Shown piece by piece: positions 38,308-47,936 of a stretch of 64,000 nt of DNA. Under the pieces are notes generated by a model. That model did no database searches. It was not told where the DNA came from and worked only from the letters and a program-made list of their open reading frames with translations. Made by a program: the position numbers and the translations under genes. The first letter of the stretch is position 1, and each line of letters starts with the position of its first letter. Source of the stretch: Candidatus Omnitrophota bacterium (GTDB taxonomy: Bacteria; Omnitrophota; Gorgyraeia; Zapsychrales; Zapsychraceae); NCBI GenBank assembly GCA_015233405.1, contig JADFXT010000001.1, positions 18,238-82,237 on the forward strand, read 5' to 3'.

Positions 38308-40029
38308 ATGGCTAAAACCATTAAAGAAAAAGTTTTAGAAGACCTGATCATTTCCCGAAAGATCAGCAAAAGCGAACTTGAATTCGCCAAAGAGATACAG
38401 TACAACAAGGGAATTAGTTTGGACAAGGCCTTGATAGATCAGGGGCTGATTCAAGAGGAAGAACTGTTGTCTTTGCTTGTTCAGGAATTGAATGTTCCTT
38501 TTGTGAACCTTAGTAAATATAAAATCGACCCTGCCTTAAAAGAAATTATCCCGCAGAAAGTCGCTTATCAATATAGAATTGTTCCTCTTTCCGTCCTGGG
38601 AAACGTGATGACGATCGCGGTTTCCGATCCGCTTAATGTTTTTGTCGTCGATGATTTGAAGAATATTACGGGAAAACAAATTGATATTGTGATGAGCCTG
38701 GAAAAAGAGATTGTAAAGGCCATGGAGAATTATTATGGCCTGCAGTCAACCGCGACGGTCACAGAGGTCAGCCAAGATATCCAAAAAGACATCGCCAGTG
38801 ACGCTTTTGAGATCGTCATGGAGGGAGAAGTTCCGGAACATATGGCGAGCGTCATCGATGAAAGCGAGAAGGCGCCAATTATCCGGATGGTCAATCTCGT
38901 TATTGAAGAAGCAATTCGTCAAAGGGCATCGGACATTCATATTGAGCCGGCGATGGATGTCGTGCGAGTCCGTTATCGCATTGACGGGGCTCTGCGGGAA
39001 ATCTTGGAGATCCCGAAAGAAAATCAGAACGCCGTGATCGTGCGTATCAAAATCATGTCGCGGCTTGATATTACGGCCAATCAAGTGCCTCAAGACGGGC
39101 GGTTTAAGTTAAAGATCTCACATAAAGAAATTGATTTTCGGGTTTCTCTTCTTCCGACGACATTTGGCCAGAAAGTCGTTATGCGCGTCTTAGACAAACG
39201 GAATCTTTCGTCCGGATTAAGCGGCCTTGGGTTAAATGAACGGTCTTTGGCGATCCTGCGCGAAGGGATCCATAAGCCGTTTGGCATGATTCTGGTCACT
39301 GGTCCGACGGGAAGCGGAAAATCGACAACATTATATTCCATTATTAATGAACTGAATACGGTTGACCGGAACATTATTACTATTGAAGATCCGGTGGAAT
39401 ATTTGATCGAAGGCTTGACGCAGATTCAGACCCGTTCAGAGATCGGCTTGACCTTTGCGGAAGGATTGCGGGCGGTTTTACGGCAAAGTCCGGATGTGGT
39501 GATGGTCGGAGAAATCCGGGACAATGAGACCGCCGATATCGCGATCAAAGCCTCTTTAACGGGGCAGATTGTTTTATCCACGCTTCACACTAATGATGCG
39601 GCCGGCGCGTTGACCCGTTTGGTCGATATGGGCGTAGAGCCTTTCCTCGTCGGGTCAAGTTTGATTCTGGTGACCGCTCAACGGCTTTGCCGAAAAGTTT
39701 GCCCTCAGTGCAAAGAGCCTGTTGCCATTGACGAAAACACATTAAAACGTCTTAAATACGATCTTGCTCCTAAGGTTGTTTTTTATCATGGCAAAGGTTG
39801 CGATTTATGCCATCAAACCGGTTATTTTGGTAGGACGAGTATTACGGAAATTTTAGAAATTGACGACAATATCCGTTATATGCTTTTGTCCGGAGACTCT
39901 TCCGATAAGATCAAGGAATATGCGCTTAAGAAAAAAGGCATGACAACCCTTTGGGCTGATGCTATGGATAAATGTGTTTCAGGGATCATTTCTTTAGAAG
40001 AAGTCTTACGCGTGACAACAAGCGATTAA
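38308..40029 (+). CDS. PilB/GspE-family ATPase 3 with T2SSE_N-type N-domain
   Basis: GPTGSGKSTT; CPQC..CDLC; starts 4 bp after the previous gene. Confidence 0.9.
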   Translation: MAKTIKEKVLEDLIISRKISKSELEFAKEIQYNKGISLDKALIDQGLIQEEELLSLLVQELNVPFVNLSKYKIDPALKEIIPQKVAYQYRIVPLSVLGNVMTIAVSDPLNVFVVDDLKNITGKQIDIVMSLEKEIVKAMENYYGLQSTATVTEVSQDIQKDIASDAFEIVMEGEVPEHMASVIDESEKAPIIRMVNLVIEEAIRQRASDIHIEPAMDVVRVRYRIDGALREILEIPKENQNAVIVRIKIMSRLDITANQVPQDGRFKLKISHKEIDFRVSLLPTTFGQKVVMRVLDKRNLSSGLSGLGLNERSLAILREGIHKPFGMILVTGPTGSGKSTTLYSIINELNTVDRNIITIEDPVEYLIEGLTQIQTRSEIGLTFAEGLRAVLRQSPDVVMVGEIRDNETADIAIKASLTGQIVLSTLHTNDAAGALTRLVDMGVEPFLVGSSLILVTAQRLCRKVCPQCKEPVAIDENTLKRLKYDLAPKVVFYHGKGCDLCHQTGYFGRTSITEILEIDDNIRYMLLSGDSSDKIKEYALKKKGMTTLWADAMDKCVSGIISLEEVLRVTTSD

Positions 40030-40123
40030 TGGTAAAAATTCTTTTTCGTATTTATTTATTTCCAAGAAAGGTTTTAGTGTTAAAATAAAAATAATACTAT
40101 TAACTTTTTAAGAGATATAGCCT

Positions 40124-40585
40124 ATGTTAGCTCAAAAAGAGTATTGTGTTGCCAAAAAAGAACTTTTAGGCCAGATTCTCATTAACCGGGATTTGATCAC
40201 CTCTGAACAGCTTAGGTATGCGTTAAAGCTGCAAAAGAAAGAACGGGGCTATTTGGGCGACGTCCTCGTTAAATATGGATTTGTCGACGAGAAAGATGTG
40301 ATGGTTGCGCTTGTGGTCCAATGTAATTTTGCCTATATTGCGATTGACCGGTATGATATTGACCCGAAATTGACAGAGCTTGTTCCCCGAGAAATGGCTT
40401 GCCGGGCACATGTCGTGCCTTTGGAGCAGGTCGGAGATGTGTTAAGTATCGTCATGGCCAATCCGCTCGATTTTTCTATTAAAGAAGAATTGCAGAAATT
40501 AACCAAATGCCACATCGCGTCTTTTATCGCCACGCGGGTTGAGATCGATAACGCGATCAATCGATGTTATCCTAAAAGGATTTAA
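40124..40585 (+). CDS. Stand-alone T2SSE_N / MshEN-domain protein 2
   Basis: LLGQILINRDLITSEQLRYALKLQ and YLGDVLVKYGFVDEKDVMVALVVQ; paralog of 36008-36466. Confidence 0.7.
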   Translation: MLAQKEYCVAKKELLGQILINRDLITSEQLRYALKLQKKERGYLGDVLVKYGFVDEKDVMVALVVQCNFAYIAIDRYDIDPKLTELVPREMACRAHVVPLEQVGDVLSIVMANPLDFSIKEELQKLTKCHIASFIATRVEIDNAINRCYPKRI

Positions 40586-40591
40586 ATTCCT

Positions 40592-41800
40592 ATGGCAACG
40601 TTCAAATATACTGTTAAAGATGAAAATTCTAAAACGATTTCCGGAAAGTTTTCTGCGGACAACCGGGAAGCTGTCATTGAGGAACTTAGAAAAAGGAAAT
40701 ACATCATTATTTCCCTTGCGGAAACCAAAGAGGAAGGGCCGAAGAGGGCGCCTTTTCAAAAAGATAAAGTCAACCCCGATGAGATTGTTCTATTTGCTCG
40801 CCAATTAGCAACGATGATTGACGCCGGAATTCCTATCCTGCAGGCTTTGGATGCGTTAGAGCAGCAGACAACCAATGCCTTTTTTAAGGCGGTCTTAGGG
40901 ACGATGAAAACAGATATTGAACACGGTAGCAGCCTCTCGGCGGCATTTGCCAAACATCCGAAGGTCTTTAACGTTTTGTTTATTAATATGGTCAAAGTCG
41001 GAGAAACAGGGGGCGTTTTAAGCCAGGTATTGGACCGCGTTTCCAGTTATATGGAAAAGACCTTGAAGCTCCAGCGAAAAGTTAAAGCGGCGTTAACTTA
41101 TCCGATCGTAGTTGTCTCGATGGCCATCATCATTACCGTTGGTTTACTGGTGAAGGTTGTCCCGACCTTTGCCAAAATTTATGATTCGTTAAATCAAAAA
41201 CTGCCGGCCATGACCCTTTTGTTGATTACGATCAGTAATTTATTAAAACAGCAACTTCCTTTAATCCTTGTAATTTTAATTGTCACCGCTGTTTTTCTTT
41301 CTCGATGGCACAAATCAGAAAAAGGGGCGCGGGTGATTGACGGTGCGATATTAAAGATGCCGATCTTTGGGGACCTTTTACGCAAGGTGGCCATCAGCCG
41401 TTTTAGCCGCACCTTGGCAACTCTGATTCAAAGTGGCGTGCCTATTTTGGAAGCGCTGAATGTCGTCCAAAAAACGATCGGAAATAAAATTTTGGAAGAT
41501 GTCATTGAAGATGTTAAAGTGAATGTCAAAGAAGGGGAAAGTATCGCGGCCCCACTGGAACGCAGTAAGGTCTTTCCCGCGATGGTCACGCGCATGATTA
41601 GCGTCGGAGAAAAATCCGGAAAAATGGAGACGATGCTTCTGAAGGTTTCCGAATTTTATGATGACCAGGTCGATGCTGCTGTGGACGGATTGACCAGCAT
41701 CATCGAGCCTTTGATCATCGGAGTTTTAGGTATTATTATTGGTTTTATTGTCATTGCGTTATTTATGCCAATCTTGGCAATCACACAATTAATCAAATAG
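40592..41800 (+). CDS. PilC/GspF-family platform protein 2
   Basis: Collinear with 21958-23172. Confidence 0.9.
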   Translation: MATFKYTVKDENSKTISGKFSADNREAVIEELRKRKYIIISLAETKEEGPKRAPFQKDKVNPDEIVLFARQLATMIDAGIPILQALDALEQQTTNAFFKAVLGTMKTDIEHGSSLSAAFAKHPKVFNVLFINMVKVGETGGVLSQVLDRVSSYMEKTLKLQRKVKAALTYPIVVVSMAIIITVGLLVKVVPTFAKIYDSLNQKLPAMTLLLITISNLLKQQLPLILVILIVTAVFLSRWHKSEKGARVIDGAILKMPIFGDLLRKVAISRFSRTLATLIQSGVPILEALNVVQKTIGNKILEDVIEDVKVNVKEGESIAAPLERSKVFPAMVTRMISVGEKSGKMETMLLKVSEFYDDQVDAAVDGLTSIIEPLIIGVLGIIIGFIVIALFMPILAITQLIK

Positions 41801-41808
41801 GATCTTCT

Positions 41809-42816
41809 ATGAACGGGCAAAAAAATAAATTTTCTAGACTTGGGAAGTTTTTGGCAGTGGCAGCAGCATGTTTTATTTCGAATGTTTGTCTGGCCCAAAC
41901 AGTATCCGTCAGGGTTTATGATCAAAATAACCCGGATAACCCAACAGGGCCAACCACACAAAATATTAACGCTCTTGAGCAAAAGAATGATTATCTCGTC
42001 AGACAGATCCATGAATTAGAAAAAAGCACAACTGATATGGACAGGCAGATTAAGGCCTTGGACCAGGATTTAAAAGATGTTCGGGAAGCTGTGATCGATC
42101 AAAAAGCCAGGAATCAGGCGATGGCACAGCAAAAAATAACGGAAGAAGCTTTGTTGAAAGAAAAACGGGTCCGGGTCCAATTGGAAGGCGTGCAGGTCAG
42201 CAAAGAAATCATGCTCTTGGAAAAAGAACTGTTGTCCCGAGAGAAACAGGAGCTGTCGCTGACAAATAATATTAAGATCCTCACGCAGGAAATAGGCGTC
42301 TTAAAGAATCAGATGATTGCAATGGAACACCAGAATAAAAATGCGGAAAAGAAGGTGTTACGAGAAAGCATCCTCGTCAGCGAGAAGAAAATAACTCAAT
42401 TGAATCGTGAACTCGAGCAGGTTAAGAAAAAGTATCGAGCCCCGACAGAAACCTTGGAGAAATTAAAAGCGGACAATTTTTTGCTAAAGCAGCAAGCGGA
42501 AATTATCACGAAAGATTTAAAAGATTCTCTTAAAAATAAAGATGTTCGGCAAAAAGAATATGAACAAAAAGAACAAGAGAACCAAAAACAAGTTTTAAAG
42601 CTTACGGAAGACATTGAGCAATTGAAAACAAAAAAGAAAAATTTGGAAGAAGTCCTTGCGCAGGCGGAGCTTAAGTTAAAAGAAAAGAAAAAGGATTTGA
42701 TAAATCCGGAAGAAGGCCAAAAAGAGATTGAAAGACTGCAGAAGACCTTAGACGCTATTAACGACGAGAATTTGAAATTGGAAGAACAGAAAAATGTTTA
42801 CTCTTCCCAGAATTAA
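41809..42816 (+). CDS. Secreted long coiled-coil protein
   Basis: Signal peptide FLAVAAACFISNVCLAQ; ~300 aa K/E/Q-rich heptad sequence. Confidence 0.45.
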   Translation: MNGQKNKFSRLGKFLAVAAACFISNVCLAQTVSVRVYDQNNPDNPTGPTTQNINALEQKNDYLVRQIHELEKSTTDMDRQIKALDQDLKDVREAVIDQKARNQAMAQQKITEEALLKEKRVRVQLEGVQVSKEIMLLEKELLSREKQELSLTNNIKILTQEIGVLKNQMIAMEHQNKNAEKKVLRESILVSEKKITQLNRELEQVKKKYRAPTETLEKLKADNFLLKQQAEIITKDLKDSLKNKDVRQKEYEQKEQENQKQVLKLTEDIEQLKTKKKNLEEVLAQAELKLKEKKKDLINPEEGQKEIERLQKTLDAINDENLKLEEQKNVYSSQN

Positions 42817-42944
42817 ACTGGGCGAGTTGTTTTAAAGCTGCCTTTAGTAAAAAATCCTCAGATGATTCCCGTTGATGCTTGCCCGGTTTGCAAATTATTT
42901 TTTAATGTGCTACACTTAAATTGAAAGCTGAAATTTGCTTTTGT

Positions 42945-43035
42945 GAAAAAAGGTAAACCATTCGAAAGGATGGGACACAAAACTAAAGGGCCCTCAAGCC
43001 GTTAAAAGCTCGGGCAGCCAGTTGCCACATAAGGA
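42945..43035 (+). promoter_or_regulatory. GEMM-like (c-di-GMP-I/cyclic-dinucleotide riboswitch-like) element with variant core
   Basis: GGUAAACC + P2 CCAUUC-GAAA-GGAUGG (identical to Vc2 P2) + GGGACACAAAAC in place of GGGACGCAAAGC; 3' GGGCAGCCAGUUGCC. Confidence 0.45.
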
Positions 43036-43088
43036 ACAAGAGCCGTGGAAAGAATTCGGAGCTTTTCTCTTTCCTGGAGTTATTGATC

Positions 43089-43117
43089 CCGTTCCCGTTT
43101 GTGGAATGGGTTTTTTA
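43089..43117 (+). terminator. Intrinsic terminator (candidate expression platform of the GEMM-like element)
   Basis: CCCGTTCC-CGTTTGT-GGAATGGG + TTTTTT. Confidence 0.5.
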
Positions 43118-43163
43118 TTTTATGGGAAAAGGTTAAGCGTATTTTGAAAAAACAATATATAAA

Positions 43164-43193
43164 TTGACAAAGAAAGGAGGTGGGTGTTACAAT
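43164..43193 (+). promoter_or_regulatory. Strong candidate sigma70 promoter for the pilin gene at 43409
   Basis: TTGACA-N17/18-TACAAT. Confidence 0.55.
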
Positions 43194-43408
43194 CAGTTAA
43201 GATTTAAAGGTTTCTTAAAACCTTGAGCCATAAGAATTTAGGTCAAATTGGAAAAGGGTTGAAAAGGGAAAAAAAGAAATAAAACGTCATTATATTATTT
43301 ATTATTTTATTCCTCTTGATTTTCCTGATCTCTCCTTCCTCCTGAAATGACTCGTAAATTCCTTCTGGCTCGAAAAACCCCTTATTAAAGGGAAGAGGAG
43401 GAATTACT

Positions 43409-43828
43409 ATGAGAATCAGAAATCAGAAAGGTTTTACGCTCGTCGAAATTATGATCGTCGTTGCGATCATAGCCCTGTTGGCCGCTATTGCAATCCCGAA
43501 CTTGTTAAGAGCCAAGATGTCCGCTAATGAAGCATTAGCACAGAGCACGCTTCGCGCTATGTCAACGGCAGCAGAAACTTTTGCCTCCGCACATAACGGT
43601 ACTTATCCTACAGCTGGTCAGTTAACAACCGGCGGGCCAAAGTATATTGAAGTCGATTATTGCGATGCTGGTGGAAATCCTCGTTCTGGATATAATTATA
43701 CTTGTCCGACCCAGACGACTACCGGGTATAGTTTTGTTGCTACGCCGGCGTCTGCATCGACGGGTTCAAAGACATTCACCATTGTTACAGGTGGCGTATT
43801 GTCAAACGTGGATTTTGTAGCTCAATAA
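43409..43828 (+). CDS. Type IV pilin / GspG-like pseudopilin
   Basis: QKGFTLVEIMIVVAIIALLAAIAIPNLLRAKMSANEA; RBS GAGGAGG. Confidence 0.85.
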   Translation: MRIRNQKGFTLVEIMIVVAIIALLAAIAIPNLLRAKMSANEALAQSTLRAMSTAAETFASAHNGTYPTAGQLTTGGPKYIEVDYCDAGGNPRSGYNYTCPTQTTTGYSFVATPASASTGSKTFTIVTGGVLSNVDFVAQ

Positions 43829-43869
43829 TAAGGACCGTTATTGGTTTTGATGTGGCAGTTGTATTTTTA

Positions 43870-43902
43870 AAAAGGGGGGCTTTTAAAAAGCCCCCCTTTT
43901 TT
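43870..43902 (+). terminator. Rho-independent terminator after the pilin gene
   Basis: AAAAGGGGGGC-TTTTAAAAA-GCCCCCCTTTTTT perfect hairpin, A-run/T-run flanks. Confidence 0.85.
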
Positions 43903-43938
43903 ATGGTAAAACGACACATTTATTATATGATAAATGAG

Positions 43939-44400
43939 ATGAAAAATATGAAAAACAAGAAGCAATATATTCAAGGATTCACGCTGATGGAGCTGATGGT
44001 TGTGACGGTGATTCTGATCGTGGCCATCGGAGGGATTCTGGCGACATATATTCAGTGCTTGGCAATAAGCGAGATATCACGAAATTCCACGACAGCGATG
44101 ATTGCCGCTAAAAGCAGGTTGGAAGATATCAAGAATGCGTCTTTTGATCAATTGGTGACAAAATTTAATAAAGTCAGTTTTTCTATTGGAGATCTAAACG
44201 GTATCGGCGTCAGTTATGTTGATAACACGAATTTGGATCTATATAAAATTACGATTTCTGTTTGTTGGCAACAAAGAAACGGTCAGATTATAGGAGAAGA
44301 CACAAATTTAAACGGGCAGTTGGATGCAGGGGAAGATGTCAATCATAACAATATTATTGATTCGCCCTTACAAATTGTAACGTATATTTATAATAGGTAG
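43939..44400 (+). CDS. Minor pilin/pseudopilin
   Basis: QGFTLMELMVVTVILIVAIGG; start placed after the terminator (listed ORF start at 43852 overlaps the terminator). Confidence 0.7.
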   Translation: MKNMKNKKQYIQGFTLMELMVVTVILIVAIGGILATYIQCLAISEISRNSTTAMIAAKSRLEDIKNASFDQLVTKFNKVSFSIGDLNGIGVSYVDNTNLDLYKITISVCWQQRNGQIIGEDTNLNGQLDAGEDVNHNNIIDSPLQIVTYIYNR

Positions 44401-44402
44401 GT

Positions 44403-45320
44403 ATGGCTATGAATATTAAACAAAAAAATGGATACAGTTTGGTCGAAATGCTCGTTGTCGTCATCATTGTGGCGGTCGTTATGAATGCAATGATGGTATC
44501 GTTCATGGCCGGTCAAAACAGCTGGACAAAGACAAATAACTCTATTCAATTAAAGGAAAATTTAAGACGGACTATCCAGCGAATTGCCAAAGAGCTTCGA
44601 GAATCAGGGTCAGATCAAAACAATGCTTTAAAGGTCGCGATTTCTTACGGTCAAGGCGTCAGCAATCCGGCAGGTTTATATGCCGGCGGCACTTTTAACA
44701 CGGATATTTTGGATTTCGCTATGCCAATTACTTGTCAAAGCGATACGGTTCTTTTGGATTCAAGCGGTAATGTTAAAAATTGGGGTGCACCATTAACATG
44801 GGGATGCACGGACAGTTCTTGTATGGACCCCGGGAATAGCTGCGCAGTTAGCAATCAAAGGAAAGTGGAATATAAGATTGATGCGAACCATAATCTTTTA
44901 AGACGTGTTATTGAAGGCAATGGAGCACAGGTCAATCAAACGACTATCGCTGAACAGCTCGTGGATTTTCAGGTCGGATGCCCGGAAATTGACCAGGTAA
45001 CATTCTCGGACTTGGCCATGGTTAATGGAAGCACAACATTGACTTCTGCGACCGGAGGATTCACGGCTGCTATGGGAACGAATCATTGCATTATTAATAT
45101 TACATCCGGGACAAATTTTATCCCAGGTTGTTATGAAATTAAAACTTATTCGAATGCGAACACCGTTACTTTTTATAAGACGGCCACCAAAAGCGGTAAT
45201 GCTTCTGCTGGGAAAGCCACTGTCGGTGGAAAAGCATTAGTCACGTTACATGTCACGGCACAGGATGACGATGTGATTGTTGAAGAATGTATGGACATTA
45301 ATCTTCGAAATCACCAGTAA
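44403..45320 (+). CDS. Minor pilin/pseudopilin (305 aa)
   Basis: NGYSLVEMLVVVIIVAVVMNA. Confidence 0.7.
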   Translation: MAMNIKQKNGYSLVEMLVVVIIVAVVMNAMMVSFMAGQNSWTKTNNSIQLKENLRRTIQRIAKELRESGSDQNNALKVAISYGQGVSNPAGLYAGGTFNTDILDFAMPITCQSDTVLLDSSGNVKNWGAPLTWGCTDSSCMDPGNSCAVSNQRKVEYKIDANHNLLRRVIEGNGAQVNQTTIAEQLVDFQVGCPEIDQVTFSDLAMVNGSTTLTSATGGFTAAMGTNHCIINITSGTNFIPGCYEIKTYSNANTVTFYKTATKSGNASAGKATVGGKALVTLHVTAQDDDVIVEECMDINLRNHQ

Positions 45321-45343
45321 GGGGCAGATAAGGAGATGTTGCG

Positions 45344-47128
45344 ATGATTCTAAAAAATAAAAAGGGAATGGCTCTTATTTTGGGGTTGTTTCTTTTGACC
45401 CTGCTGATGGGCTTTGCTACCTTGCTTGTTTTGCGGACCGTCAACGAGAATAAGATCGCCACTTTGGAACGCAATATGAACAAGGCTCTTTATCTCGCCG
45501 AAGCCGGAACGCAAAAAGGCCTTTATGAACTGAGTGGCCTTATTAATACTCATGTCAGGAAAACGGCTATGGACGCTACTCCGAATACTTTTGTCAATAC
45601 GACGGAAACCAAAGTCACGCAAAAGGACAATATCGGGTGGCTTTTTACCTATAGTTTCGACGGGCAGACGCAGTTATTGACCAAAAGCGGCTCAAATTTG
45701 ATTTATCCTCTGGGCAGCACAAATTTTGGTGACGGAACGTATCAGATCAATATCGTTATTTCCAAGAAGCCTGTGGGAGGAGATCCTATTACGGTCAAGG
45801 CCCACGAAAAATGGAAATTTCCTTACGCTTTTACGATCCAATCAACAGGGACTGTTGCGGGTGTCACGAGGAAAGTCAAGATTAGCGGAGATTTTACCGT
45901 TAATCCTCAGAAAGATAATTTTGCCAAGTATGCGTTATTTACCGACCACCAATATCTTCCCGGATCTCAGGATCCCAACCAAGTTGCTAACAGGGTTTGG
46001 TTTAACAAAAATACCTTTTTTACCGGACCGATGCACTCTAATGACCAATTTAATTTTGCCGGCAATCCCGGTCCTGTTTTTTATAATGATTTAACTCACC
46101 CGGAAATAGAAGTCGACATGACCCAGCATTTAAGTAAGGCATGGTTTTATAATAATAACAACAAGGCTTTTCAAGCCGATGCGTCTAGCAATCTTCAGAT
46201 CGACACCCCGGTATTTTATTCGACGTATACGCGAGGCGAGGATCTTATTAATTTGGAATCTTCTATTCAGAAGGCGGACCTGTCCACGCAAGCTACTTAC
46301 GGGGGCGGGAATGTTAATAATAACGGTATTTATATTCCCAATGATGGGACGAAAGTCACCGGAGGAATTTATATCAACCGGAAGACTGGAAACAATTTTG
46401 TGAGTATCCAAATGGCTGCGGATAATAATGGCAAGGCGACGTATACTGTCGTAGAAAATGGAACAACAAAGAACATCATTGTTGATACGGTTAATAAAAC
46501 AACAAAAATTACGCAGTCTGGGAAGTCGGATATAAACTTAACCGGTATGCCCAACGGCAAGGATGGAGTTGGCGTGATTATTTATGCCCAAGGACAAATA
46601 GACAGTTTGTCAGGAACGGTTCAAAAAAATTCCCAAGTTACTATTTCCGGAGATTCGGATATCATTATTACAAATCATATTCAATATCAGGTTTGTACGG
46701 CTTCTTCCGGGACTTTAGGACAGGCAGGATATATCCCACCGCATGTGGATATGGATGAAGCCAGTAATCTTTTAGGAATATTGTCTTGGGGCGGCAATAT
46801 TCGTATAGGCACGACAGCTCCGGATAATCTTAATGTTCAGGCCATCCTTATGGCTAGAAATGGCATTGTTGCCGTCGATAATTATGATGATCAAAATGTT
46901 GGCCCGCGAGGAACTGTGAATTTATTAGGAGGGGTTATTTCGGATTTTTATGGCGCATTTAATACGTTTAATAATAGTGGGCTTGTATCCGGTTACGGGC
47001 GGAATTTTAATTACGATGACCGCACATTGCTCGGCCAGTCGCCGCCCTATTTTCCATCGCTAAATACTTTTATAGCTTATACGACCGATATTGCGGATAA
47101 GCTGGTTTGGCAAGAAGGAGGATTCTAA
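45344..47128 (+). CDS. Large GspK/PilX-like minor pseudopilin 2 (594 aa)
   Basis: KGMALILGLFLLTLLMGFATLLV; C-term GYGRNFNYDDRTLLGQSPPYFPSLNTF..WQEGGF; paralog of 25099-26790. Confidence 0.6.
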   Translation: MILKNKKGMALILGLFLLTLLMGFATLLVLRTVNENKIATLERNMNKALYLAEAGTQKGLYELSGLINTHVRKTAMDATPNTFVNTTETKVTQKDNIGWLFTYSFDGQTQLLTKSGSNLIYPLGSTNFGDGTYQINIVISKKPVGGDPITVKAHEKWKFPYAFTIQSTGTVAGVTRKVKISGDFTVNPQKDNFAKYALFTDHQYLPGSQDPNQVANRVWFNKNTFFTGPMHSNDQFNFAGNPGPVFYNDLTHPEIEVDMTQHLSKAWFYNNNNKAFQADASSNLQIDTPVFYSTYTRGEDLINLESSIQKADLSTQATYGGGNVNNNGIYIPNDGTKVTGGIYINRKTGNNFVSIQMAADNNGKATYTVVENGTTKNIIVDTVNKTTKITQSGKSDINLTGMPNGKDGVGVIIYAQGQIDSLSGTVQKNSQVTISGDSDIIITNHIQYQVCTASSGTLGQAGYIPPHVDMDEASNLLGILSWGGNIRIGTTAPDNLNVQAILMARNGIVAVDNYDDQNVGPRGTVNLLGGVISDFYGAFNTFNNSGLVSGYGRNFNYDDRTLLGQSPPYFPSLNTFIAYTTDIADKLVWQEGGF

Positions 47129-47460
47129 TGGATGGCCAAAAGAAAATGTTTATTGTTTTTGGCATTGTGATCCTTATCTTTGTCGGTATTATATTGATCA
47201 ATCAAAATATCGAGAAGGAATTGAATCAATCTTCGGAGAAAAAATCCGGACCAGCGCAGAATGTGTTGTCTGAGAAAGTTATTGTGCCCAATTCGGCGCA
47301 ATCGCAAAAGAGTCGTCTAGATCAAGATTCAACAGCGCCTTCTTCAGAGAACGCTATTTCGGGTTCTTCGGAAGAAAACCGCCCAAATCAGGATAATAAA
47401 AAAATCAGTTATGGAATGCCACTTCCTGGTATGGTTTTGTTTTGCTATAATAAGTATTGA
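47128..47460 (+). CDS. Small single-TM protein with S/Q-rich tail
   Basis: RBS AAGGAGG 8 bp upstream; ATG overlaps the upstream stop (TAATG); TM MFIVFGIVILIFVGIILI. Confidence 0.4.
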   Translation: MDGQKKMFIVFGIVILIFVGIILINQNIEKELNQSSEKKSGPAQNVLSEKVIVPNSAQSQKSRLDQDSTAPSSENAISGSSEENRPNQDNKKISYGMPLPGMVLFCYNKY

Positions 47461-47513
47461 TAGAGAAAAGGGAAAGTAAGACGAGTTAGCTTTTTAACTA
47501 TAGGACGGCAAAT

Positions 47514-47936
47514 ATGATAAATTTTAGGAATAAAAAAGGATTTACCCTGATAGAGTTGCTTGCGGCAGCTGCGATCTTCGTGTTCGCGATGTCTGCGATA
47601 ATACTTTTTTTTATAAGCTGTGCGTTCCTTAATCAAGCCAATCGCAATAAAAGCATGGCCACGATTCATGCGGAGTTTGTCGCCGAAGACATCATGCAAT
47701 ACATGAGGAACAATTCCCTCGCTTCTTTTGAACAGGGGATTGCGGCGTGGAATTGGAATAATTCGACAATAGCTTCTAAATGTTCAACTGTTATCAATGA
47801 TAGTGAATATATCGTAACTTCTTACAAGACACCCGTCACAGATCCGTTAGATATCACTGTTACGGTTAAATGGAAAGATAGCGCACAACTTAATGAAAGG
47901 AACATATCATTAAAAACTTTAATTTCAAAACGATGA
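47514..47936 (+). CDS. Minor pilin/pseudopilin
   Basis: KKGFTLIELLAAAAIFVFAMSAIILF. Confidence 0.75.
   Translation: MINFRNKKGFTLIELLAAAAIFVFAMSAIILFFISCAFLNQANRNKSMATIHAEFVAEDIMQYMRNNSLASFEQGIAAWNWNNSTIASKCSTVINDSEYIVTSYKTPVTDPLDITVTVKWKDSAQLNERNISLKTLISKR

Noticed and set aside
43852-43938. Upstream extension of pseudopilin ORF (listed start 43852)
   Set aside because: The extension overlaps a perfect intrinsic terminator (43870-43902) and encodes MAVVFLKRGAFKKPPFF, a translation of the hairpin. The real start is at the ATG cluster 43927-43948, just before the prepilin motif.
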